This document shows, one piece after another, positions 1 through 7,117 of a stretch of 25,563 nt of DNA; within the stretch, counting starts at the first letter, position 1, and every line of letters starts with the position of its first letter. The stretch is from a virus (lineage: Duplodnaviria; Caudoviricetes). Under the pieces are notes generated by a model. That model saw only the letters and a list, made by a program, of their open reading frames with translations. It ran no database searches and was not told where the DNA came from. The translations under genes and the position numbers were made by a program. The stretch lies in IMG/VR virus record IMGVR_UViG_3300044513_000282, positions 1 to 25,563 of that record. One strand, 5' to 3'.

Positions 1-246
1 TCTAAATGCAGCTCCAATAGCCGCAGCGACAACTATCCATACAATTCTTTCTGCCGACTTACCTTTTATCACGCTTTCAGACAAACGGTCTACCTTGTCA
101 TCTAGGCCATTAACCTTAGACTCGATGGAAGACTGACGGTTAAACACAGTGACTAGCTGCTCTTCTACTCTAGCTAGAGAGATGACTGCCTCCTGAAGTT
201 TGTCAATTTTAGCTTCTACCCGGTGTAATCGGTCTTCCATCTTCAT
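1..246 (-). CDS. Coiled-coil protein with C-terminal transmembrane helix, XhlA/holin-like; runs off the window edge
   Basis: Not in the ORF track. Manual translation from ATG at 246 gives MKMEDRLHRVEAKIDKLQEAVISLARVEEQLVTVFNRQSSIESKVNGLDDKVDRLSESVIKGKSAERIVWIVVAAAIGAAFR with no stop before base 1. It has a heptad-like N-part and a hydrophobic C-terminus, starts 3 nt after the upstream stop, and sits where lysis genes usually lie. Confidence 0.6.
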   Translation of the reverse strand, partial: MKMEDRLHRVEAKIDKLQEAVISLARVEEQLVTVFNRQSSIESKVNGLDDKVDRLSESVIKGKSAERIVWIVVAAAIGAAFR

Positions 247-248
247 AC

Positions 249-1436
249 CTATAGCGTCAGGTCAGGCGACTTACGAGAAGCCCTGATTTGGTAAATGTGT
301 CGCATTGCTTCGCCGCCTTCCTTATGAAAGACAATCTGATGCATCGCAGAGGCTGCTCCGTAGCCTGATGCTGAATGCCAAGAGTCTGGTGGTGCTAGTG
401 TAGCAAAAGACTCAACGAAGACCCCATTGTCAGTCTCAATCAGCGTCTGGTGGTGTATATGTCCTACTAGCCACTTACGGTAGTTTGTACTAGACCACTG
501 CTCAGGTAGCATCTTAGGCAGGAGAGACGCTAACTTAGGCGCTTTGACACGGTCGCCGTGATGTACCGCGATGAGGTTCTGACCAAACTGTAGAGTGTGA
601 AACGCCCCGTGAGGGTCGAGGATTGTCACCCTTGGCTCTTTGGAGTAGTAATACTTTAAAATTAGTGCCAAGGCGATAGCTGTGTCCGTGTCATGATTAC
701 CACGAGCCATAATCACTGTAACTTTCTGGTGCTTCTCTAGCATACGGGAGATAGAGTAAACAAACGTCTGAGCCGCTGTATCTAAGACGACCTCGATGCG
801 TGTATCTACGTCTAGTTTCGTGCCACCAAAGGTCGTACCACTTGAGCCGTTAGCGTGGATAAAATCGCCCACGTTTACTAACAAGGCATTTTCAGAAGGC
901 GGTGCTAGGTCTACCAAGTAATCAATAGCGTCTCGCATAGACTCAGAAGCTATCTTGGTGTCGTAGTCTCTTTCCTTCGTCTCACGAGCATCGCTGCGCA
1001 TACCGAAGTGCGCATCGCCGATTACCGTACACGGTAAAAGATCAGGGTCGAACTTCTTAGACTTAGGGTTGGCTTGCTTCTTGGCTTTTGGCAGGTCTTT
1101 AGTTAAACCCTCAACAAAACCTTGCAGGGCTTTATCTCGCTCTGCCTCGGTCATTGTCCTACGGGTCTTTAGCCATACCCGTTCGTTATCGTCGTTTGTG
1201 GTTAATACACTGCGACCGATGACTATCTCGCCCTCTGGAACGTGTCTTCGTGCGTCCCAGTTATCTGAGTAACCCGCAGCAGCCGCACGGTTTTTAGTTA
1301 TTGCAATCTGATCTCGCAGTGTAGAAGGAGCTATACCAAGCTCTGCTGCCGCTTTATAAGTTTGGCGGTTATGCTTTTCCCACACTTCTAAGCATTGCTT
1401 TTGCCGATCAGTCTTAGCGTAATCAATCAGGCTCAT
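249..1436 (-). CDS. Calcineurin-like metallophosphoesterase with an N-terminal HTH-like segment
   Basis: Complete metallophosphoesterase motif set: GDAHFG, NVGDFIH, RGNHD, HHGD, GHIHH. The N-terminal YKAAAELGIAPSTLRDQI resembles a helix-turn-helix. Confidence 0.8.
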   Translation of the reverse strand: MSLIDYAKTDRQKQCLEVWEKHNRQTYKAAAELGIAPSTLRDQIAITKNRAAAAGYSDNWDARRHVPEGEIVIGRSVLTTNDDNERVWLKTRRTMTEAERDKALQGFVEGLTKDLPKAKKQANPKSKKFDPDLLPCTVIGDAHFGMRSDARETKERDYDTKIASESMRDAIDYLVDLAPPSENALLVNVGDFIHANGSSGTTFGGTKLDVDTRIEVVLDTAAQTFVYSISRMLEKHQKVTVIMARGNHDTDTAIALALILKYYYSKEPRVTILDPHGAFHTLQFGQNLIAVHHGDRVKAPKLASLLPKMLPEQWSSTNYRKWLVGHIHHQTLIETDNGVFVESFATLAPPDSWHSASGYGAASAMHQIVFHKEGGEAMRHIYQIRASRKSPDLTL

Positions 1437-1515
1437 ACATACCCTGCATTATTTCGGTTGTTTCTACCAAAGGTAATCGTGCTCAAGGTGAATTAAGTAA
1501 ACCCACATATCAGGA

Positions 1516-2268
1516 TTAATTAAATTTTGCATATGCCTTTTCCCAAGCGACCATGTCTTTTTCATATACTTTTAAAGCTCGGTCTTTATACTTTTTAGAT
1601 AAATTCTCAATATACCAACTTGAGTCATGATCGCTCTTTCTAATTTCTATTTTTTCTTCAGGAGCAATGCCGCCTTTTTCTGCAATAAATTGGCAAGCGT
1701 GTTCGTGTAGATTTTCAAAATTAAATAATTGAGCATGATCTGGGTAATAATCTGTTTGTGGCTTAAGGATATTTTGTATTAACGGCTCTTCGCCTCTTGA
1801 AATAATAAAATGATGAGCAGAATCAGGAGTAGCCCAAGCCTCTTTTGCTAATTCGTCACGTTTTGTTGGCTTGCCGTATTTTTCTATATTTTGCTTCTCT
1901 ATCATTTCTCTACGTTTATTTGCATAGTAAAAAAGAGAGGATAACCAATCAAAAGGATGTCTTATCACACCAATGCAAGGCATATCTTGAGCAACCTTTC
2001 CAGAGTCTACTAAAGACTGAAAAGTGACATTTACTTTTTCCAAGCTATCTGCGTGATAAAGGTTGCGTGGAATAGTTTCATAATCCAAATTATTAGTAGA
2101 ATCGCTAAATGCTTTAAATTCCTGCCAAGTATTAAACCCGCCTTCTAACTCATATTCATCGTTTTCACCATTCACTAAACCTGCTTGCAATAGATACATG
2201 GCTAAAGACACGCCTCCTATCTTTGGCGCTCTAGTAAATACAAAATTATTTGAATGAGATATAATCAT
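1516..2268 (-). CDS. Sulfotransferase-family protein (Sulfotransfer_2-like)
   Basis: MIISHSNNFVFTRAPKIGGVS resembles the 5'-PAPS-binding loop (FIHIPKTGGTS type). IRHPFDWLSS resembles the 3'-PB motif RxPxxRxxS. PQTDY, FENL and YEKD match conserved segments of this family. Confidence 0.7.
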   Translation of the reverse strand: MIISHSNNFVFTRAPKIGGVSLAMYLLQAGLVNGENDEYELEGGFNTWQEFKAFSDSTNNLDYETIPRNLYHADSLEKVNVTFQSLVDSGKVAQDMPCIGVIRHPFDWLSSLFYYANKRREMIEKQNIEKYGKPTKRDELAKEAWATPDSAHHFIISRGEEPLIQNILKPQTDYYPDHAQLFNFENLHEHACQFIAEKGGIAPEEKIEIRKSDHDSSWYIENLSKKYKDRALKVYEKDMVAWEKAYAKFN

Positions 2269-2483
2269 TGGATTACCACTGTATCTGTGTCATTAAAAAA
2301 CAACATCGTGCCTTCGCACACTATATTCCAATCAGGCCCTTCTTGTTCGCTGCGAGAAGGAACTTCAATAATAACGTGTCTAGCAAGCCATTCATGGTTT
2401 TCTTGCAGAACTCGCCAAACGTGTTCTTCAGTTCCCCTCCCTGGTTGACCGCGAGACTTGTTAAATCTTATGCGATATTTCAC
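2265..2483 (-). CDS. Hypothetical protein, 72 aa
   Basis: GTG start overlaps the upstream stop (GTGA) and the stop overlaps the downstream start (ATGA), consistent with translational coupling. Confidence 0.7.
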   Translation of the reverse strand: MKYRIRFNKSRGQPGRGTEEHVWRVLQENHEWLARHVIIEVPSRSEQEGPDWNIVCEGTMLFFNDTDTVVIQ

Positions 2484-2857
2484 TCAGGTTTTGTAGGCCA
2501 TTTTATATCATTAGGGAAATTTGGCTGACTTCTTATATTTCTTAAACTTAATCTATAAGCAATCCATTTTTGACGCTCCGCAGAAGTCATCTTAACATCT
2601 CCTAAAACAACCCAATCAGATTGACGAAGCAATTCTTTCGCCTTTTCCCACGCTAAAATTGCAGGACTAGCTTTAGGTGTCGAATGCTTTTCTTCAACTT
2701 CTACCCATCCTTGATCTGCGTAATCTTCCCCCAGCCAAGAAAGGTCTTTCAGTTTATCTTTAATGTTTTTAAGGCCCAATATTGGCCCCCAGTTATCTGG
2801 TAGCGGCCCTGCTTCGTTTAGAGGCTCGTTTGTTGACAGTCTTTTTAGTTGCCACAT
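2480..2857 (-). CDS. Tail fibre assembly chaperone (Tfa / Phage_tail_APC-like)
   Basis: The C-terminus LLRQSDW...WIAYRLSLRNI..QPNFPNDIKWPTKPE is the typical Tfa signature. Start moved from 2890 to ATG 2857 because GAGGAG lies 7 nt upstream of it. Confidence 0.8.
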   Translation of the reverse strand: MWQLKRLSTNEPLNEAGPLPDNWGPILGLKNIKDKLKDLSWLGEDYADQGWVEVEEKHSTPKASPAILAWEKAKELLRQSDWVVLGDVKMTSAERQKWIAYRLSLRNIRSQPNFPNDIKWPTKPE

Positions 2858-3299
2858 TTTTTTTCTCCTCGGCATTTTGCGCCGCTTCAACTTTTAATCT
2901 ATCTTCTGGACTTGATAAGCCTTTCCCTACGTTTCTTGATATAGCTAGATCATTTGGGAATGGAGGAAACCCATTTAGATGTAATCGATCTTGGTCAGTT
3001 AATTCTTTCCACTGTCTCCAGCTTGAAAAATCATTTCTTGGCTGAATATGTATATGACATCCAATATTTGCAGATAACTGATTTATAAGCTCAATAACTT
3101 CAACTGGCTGTTGAACCAGCCATAAATAGCTACCATCAATTCCACGAAGAGTTATCTCTGTAGTTCCACCACCTGCCGTCCCAACAGTAATAGATTGCGC
3201 TCTATGATCTTCTTGACATAAAGACTTTAAATGCCTTAGTTTGGCTTTTCGATGTATCTCTTGTTCTATCTCTTCTATACTTAAATTTTCGTCTTTCAT
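2793..3299 (-). CDS. Hypothetical protein, about 168 aa
   Basis: ORF track gives 2793..3311; the likelier start is ATG 3299, directly after the upstream TAA. Basic C-terminal tail overlaps the next gene. Confidence 0.7.
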   Translation of the reverse strand: MKDENLSIEEIEQEIHRKAKLRHLKSLCQEDHRAQSITVGTAGGGTTEITLRGIDGSYLWLVQQPVEVIELINQLSANIGCHIHIQPRNDFSSWRQWKELTDQDRLHLNGFPPFPNDLAISRNVGKGLSSPEDRLKVEAAQNAEEKKNVATKKTVNKRASKRSRAATR

Positions 3300-3300
3300 A

Positions 3301-4518
3301 TTATTGAGCATTCCAAGATATTATTACTTGTCCACTTGCTCCTACCTGAACAGGGTAGCAGCCTTCAGAAACAGAAACGCAATTAAAAGTCGCAGGTATA
3401 CCTGAACTACCTGGATTTCCAGCACCGCTTCCTGGGTTACCTGCGCTGCCTGAGCCTCCACCGCCTCCTCCTGTTCCTGCTACACCTGCTCCTACATATG
3501 GACTATTATTGGCCGCACCACATTCTCGATATGACCCTGCTCCACCACCGCCTCCACCAGCGCCAGCTCTGGCTATCTGAGCGTTTTGACCAGACTCAGT
3601 GCCTCGCATATCGCATGGATTTCCTTGCCCTGGGGCTGGGCCACTTGCTCCTCCTCTTCCTCCTCTACCTCCTCCTTCAAATCCACCAGGTACACAAGTT
3701 ATTACAGCACCGTTACAATAATTAACATGGCTAGGGCAAGGGCCAAATCGTCCGTAAGTTATGCCACCAGGATTACAATAAGAAGTATTATTACACGGGG
3801 CGTTAGGGCCTGGGTTTTGAGTGCCTGCTCCTCCACCTCCATGTCCACCAAGACCAGAACCTTGGACAAAATAAATAGTCTCGCAATTAGGGGTATTAGA
3901 AGTTAGAGCATTATAAGCTGCCCCGCCTCCGTTACCGCCTGAGGTAAATCCACAACCGCCGCTTCCTCCATTATATGCCACGACAGCAAATGCGCCATTA
4001 GGGGAGGGAGAGCAATTAGTACCATAAGTAGTCCCAGAAGCGCCAGTAACACCATAACTTCCATCTACTCCTCCTGTGCCACCGTTACCTGCTGCTCCTG
4101 CTGTCCAACTATAACCAAATACAGATGTTACGCCACCAGGGTTTCCTGGGTTACCAGGTCCACCTGGAGGATTGAGATAAGGACATATTGGAAGTCCAGA
4201 AGAATCAGGCCCTGAGCCGCTTCCTCCTCCTGATCTTTGTACACCAAAAATCCCTGAGCCACAGGATATAGCACCGCTCGAACTTGGAACATAAAAAGTA
4301 GGTATATAGCCCCCGCTACCTCCACCTCCTCCAATTCCATCACCACCAGGATTTCCAGGGTTGCCAGCGTTTCCTGTTGACCCATTTCCAGATAGAGATA
4401 CCACTTTCAAATCAGCGGGGACGGTAAATGTGCCTGGAGCGTTAAATGTTTCGCTACCAGCTTCTATTGCTATAGCTACGCCCCCGAATAACCCTACTTT
4501 ACCAGTTCCAATAGGCAT
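3301..4518 (-). CDS. Glycine-rich adhesin / tail-fibre-tip-like protein with NPG repeats and 14 Cys
   Basis: N-terminal TFNAPGTFTVP and C-terminal GASGQVIISW flank many GGGGG and GxxG runs, the architecture of phage glycine-rich (polyglycine-II) domains. NPG occurs 8 times. Confidence 0.7.
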   Translation of the reverse strand: MPIGTGKVGLFGGVAIAIEAGSETFNAPGTFTVPADLKVVSLSGNGSTGNAGNPGNPGGDGIGGGGGSGGYIPTFYVPSSSGAISCGSGIFGVQRSGGGSGSGPDSSGLPICPYLNPPGGPGNPGNPGGVTSVFGYSWTAGAAGNGGTGGVDGSYGVTGASGTTYGTNCSPSPNGAFAVVAYNGGSGGCGFTSGGNGGGAAYNALTSNTPNCETIYFVQGSGLGGHGGGGAGTQNPGPNAPCNNTSYCNPGGITYGRFGPCPSHVNYCNGAVITCVPGGFEGGGRGGRGGASGPAPGQGNPCDMRGTESGQNAQIARAGAGGGGGGAGSYRECGAANNSPYVGAGVAGTGGGGGGSGSAGNPGSGAGNPGSSGIPATFNCVSVSEGCYPVQVGASGQVIISWNAQ

Positions 4519-4529
4519 GATTTACTCTC

Positions 4530-5105
4530 TTAATTTACCGAAGGCAAGCCTAAAGCTGCTCGTTTATCAAATTTATAGGCCGCATTAGGGCCATCTTTTA
4601 CTACATAATGAAGCATAAATTGCGGGTTTAACGCTCCTACGTCGAGCGATCTTCGCCAATGCGTTACTTCGCAACCTTTATATATTATTGCGTCACCAGG
4701 GTTTAGCATACATTTTACAGGATCGTTGTTTTTATACTGAACCCATATAGGCCAAGGTTCGCTCATAGTACAGGCTACATTAACCGTTACGCTTATCTCA
4801 CATGATGGTCTATCTGTGTGAGGTTTAAGCTCTTCTTTACCTTGGTATACCCTGCTAAACGAATATGTAGGCTCCAAAGACAATCCTGTTTCTTTTTCTA
4901 CTACTGAGAGGCAAGATTTCAACAAGACTTCTACAAGAGGGTCAGCATAATAACCAAATTTGCTGCTATCATGAGAAGCTATGTCTTGTTGCTCCCACTC
5001 TCCTCTGTTGATTTTGTTTTCAAAATACTCAGAAATAGTTTTAATTGTAGTTTCATCTATTAGGCTTTTTACTTTTAAGTAACCCGCTTTATCCAAATTA
5101 CTCAT
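4530..5105 (-). CDS. 2OG-Fe(II) dioxygenase (oxygenase 4)
   Basis: LKPHTDRPSCEISVTVN (HxD), GDAIIYKG, distal His in THWR, QFMLHYV. Confidence 0.75.
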   Translation of the reverse strand: MSNLDKAGYLKVKSLIDETTIKTISEYFENKINRGEWEQQDIASHDSSKFGYYADPLVEVLLKSCLSVVEKETGLSLEPTYSFSRVYQGKEELKPHTDRPSCEISVTVNVACTMSEPWPIWVQYKNNDPVKCMLNPGDAIIYKGCEVTHWRRSLDVGALNPQFMLHYVVKDGPNAAYKFDKRAALGLPSVN

Positions 5106-5694
5106 GATAGAACCAACCTGTGACTATGTACTTGCTGTTATCCCCATATACAGGATTACCTCTGTGCGCGTGTGTAAAAGCTGAGGGCCAAATAACCATA
5201 GTGTTTTTTACAGGATTTATGCGTCTTTGTTGGTATAAAAACTCAGTTTCTCCGTTAGCGTCTTCTGGCAAAGTGTTTAGGTAAAGCATATACACAAGAC
5301 CTCGCCTTGCTTGATCTCCGTTACCTTGCTCTCCATGCCAAACATGATAACCACCACCAGAAGAAGTCTTTTGCATTTTCATATTGTTGCAATTAATTTC
5401 TATAGACTTTAGCGTAGAAAACTCTTTTGTGTATTCTTCAAAACAGTTTTGCAACCCTCTAAAAAAGAAATCTACCGTACTGTGGTCGTTAAACGGCTCA
5501 AAATTTAAATTCTTACCATTAGAACAAATTTGATAGTCGTTTTTATTGTGTTTAGCAGCTCCTTCGCTTTGCTGTCTATCTGACCCAGCGCCTAAATTCC
5601 TGTGTCGATCAAACTCATCAATTAGATGATCGCAAAACCCTTCTGGGTAAACCTCACTAAAAACTCCGATAAAATCTTTATATTCTGATTTCAT
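5098..5694 (-). CDS. 2OG-Fe(II) dioxygenase, prolyl-4-hydroxylase-like (oxygenase 3)
   Basis: YHVWHGE (HxE), MLYLN, GETEF, WPSAFTHAHRGNP, KYIVTGW. Confidence 0.85.
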   Translation of the reverse strand: MKSEYKDFIGVFSEVYPEGFCDHLIDEFDRHRNLGAGSDRQQSEGAAKHNKNDYQICSNGKNLNFEPFNDHSTVDFFFRGLQNCFEEYTKEFSTLKSIEINCNNMKMQKTSSGGGYHVWHGEQGNGDQARRGLVYMLYLNTLPEDANGETEFLYQQRRINPVKNTMVIWPSAFTHAHRGNPVYGDNSKYIVTGWFYHE

Positions 5695-6275
5695 TTAAAT
5701 GATGGCCCCGAAATCCAAGTTACTAAAGTTTGCCTTGTCCCCTTGACAACAGGAGTCACTTGATGGACTGTCCAAGAAGGGAAAGCAACAATAAGTCCTT
5801 TTTTCTTTGGAATATTGATTGGTTCTGCCCCAGTTAATAACTGCAATTGACCACCCTCGTATTCTTTAGGGTCAGACAACTGCAACACTAAAGATAATTT
5901 TCTACTATTCCCCGCTGCGCCAAAATCTTGATGCCAACCGTACATACCTTTTCTTTCTTCATGGTAGTTAGTAAGCTGTAAATGTTCTGAAAAGCCTGTT
6001 AAATCAAAACCAAAATAATCTGCATTCAAACTAGAAACAACATGAGCAATAGTTTCAAAAACCCAGCCTGTGTTTTCATTTTTTGGTAGCCAGTTTAATT
6101 CAGACCGACGTATATTATTATCTATTGCTCCGCTCCCTCCTCCACCTATTTTAGCTGGAGAAGTAGCTTCTTTTGCGCGTTGCTGTAGCCAATTTATCTG
6201 ATCTTCTGTAAATGCCCCTTCCCACCACGCAAATGGATTTATCTTCTTAGAATATGGAGTCAGAAGATGTTGCAT
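5691..6275 (-). CDS. 2OG-Fe(II) dioxygenase, PKHD-type (oxygenase 2)
   Basis: YGWHQD (HxD), RKLSLVLQLSDPKEYEGGQL, FPSWTVHQVTPVVKGTRQTLVTW (distal His and 2OG-binding Arg). Confidence 0.9.
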   Translation of the reverse strand: MQHLLTPYSKKINPFAWWEGAFTEDQINWLQQRAKEATSPAKIGGGGSGAIDNNIRRSELNWLPKNENTGWVFETIAHVVSSLNADYFGFDLTGFSEHLQLTNYHEERKGMYGWHQDFGAAGNSRKLSLVLQLSDPKEYEGGQLQLLTGAEPINIPKKKGLIVAFPSWTVHQVTPVVKGTRQTLVTWISGPSFK

Positions 6276-6853
6276 TAAATAAACCTTTTTCTTTGTGACA
6301 AAATAAAATGTATAAATTTTGTCGAATTATTAGATTGGTTTGGTGTAATCATATGAGGTAACCATGAGTTAAAAAGCATCATAGTTCCCGCTTGTACGTT
6401 GTTAAAGTGTATCTGAGGGGTAGCCATTTCAACTTTATCACTAGGCGCTGCCCACAAGTCTGCCATACGCTTACCAGGTCTAGGGTCGTCAAATATAGGA
6501 TAAGAACCTGCTTCTGGGACTTCAAGAAAGTAAAACCCAGATATCTGGCTGTCTCCGTGAATATGCATTATGTTGCTACCTGTACACGCAAACTCTTGTC
6601 CCCACATTCCTGAAACATAAAACTCGTACTCATCTGTTAAATAACCCTGATCTCTTAAAATACTAACACCTTTATCTCTAAAATAAGATGCTAAATAGAC
6701 AAGAGCAGGGTCATTTGCCATATGACCAGTTTGTTTAACCAAGCAAGGTTGTATCTGGTCATAATACTTTTGAGTATGCTTTAAAGTTTCATCCACCCAT
6801 TCAGGACGTTCTTCTCGATATATAGGTGACGAAAAATAAGCGTAGACTTCCAT
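6275..6853 (-). CDS. Putative 2OG-Fe(II) dioxygenase, TIGR02466-like (oxygenase 1)
   Basis: YFSSPIY at the N-terminus, MW, HIHGDSQISGFYFL (HxH), FDDPRP, LFNSWLPHMITPN. Confidence 0.8.
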   Translation of the reverse strand: MEVYAYFSSPIYREERPEWVDETLKHTQKYYDQIQPCLVKQTGHMANDPALVYLASYFRDKGVSILRDQGYLTDEYEFYVSGMWGQEFACTGSNIMHIHGDSQISGFYFLEVPEAGSYPIFDDPRPGKRMADLWAAPSDKVEMATPQIHFNNVQAGTMMLFNSWLPHMITPNQSNNSTKFIHFILSQRKRFI

Positions 6854-6854
6854 A

Positions 6855-7097
6855 TTAAGAAGTTACAAATCCTTGTAATTCAGATGCCATAGAAGTTATA
6901 TCTCCAGCAGTAATAGCTTTTTCAACAGGAAGAGTGCGATGGTTTTCCATCACGATCTCTTTAGCCATACGCAATGCTTCAAGTTTTGCGTTATTATGCT
7001 GAATAGCGATTTGTTGTTGCTTACGAGATTCATCTAGAGCTAATTGGTAATCTAGCTGAGTTTTAAGTTCTTCAGGCAATTGTACTGGAAATGGCAT
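6855..7097 (-). CDS. Hypothetical helical protein, 80 aa
   Basis: SD AGGAG at 7106-7110; its stop is 1 nt before the next ATG. Confidence 0.7.
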   Translation of the reverse strand: MPFPVQLPEELKTQLDYQLALDESRKQQQIAIQHNNAKLEALRMAKEIVMENHRTLPVEKAITAGDITSMASELQGFVTS

Positions 7098-7117
7098 TTT
7101 ATAATCTCCTGATTATA

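Noticed and set aside
1437-1515. Possible promoter (TTGAGC ... TGGTAGAAA) upstream of the metallophosphoesterase
   Set aside because: The spacing is 14 nt and the -10 match is poor.
4128-4385. 85-aa minus-strand ORF nested in the Gly-rich gene (likewise 19266-19496 in the capsid gene)
   Set aside because: Alternative-frame by-products of biased codon usage, with no clear SD or motifs.
3301-4518. Collagen triple helix or RiPP precursor interpretation of the Gly-rich protein
   Set aside because: Gly-X-Y runs are only a few triplets long; there is no leader/core repeat structure, peptidase or exporter; the termini match phage glycine-rich structural domains.
4530-6853. DNA-modification (TET/JBP or AlkB) role for the oxygenases
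   Set aside because: No TET/JBP or AlkB-specific motifs were recognised, and no methyltransferase, glycosyltransferase or replication genes are nearby. The context is late structural. Not strictly excluded.
1509-7113. 7-bp inverted match ATCAGGA (1509-1515) / TCCTGAT (7107-7113) at the two cassette ends
   Set aside because: Too short to exceed chance; no transposase, recombinase or target-site duplication was seen.
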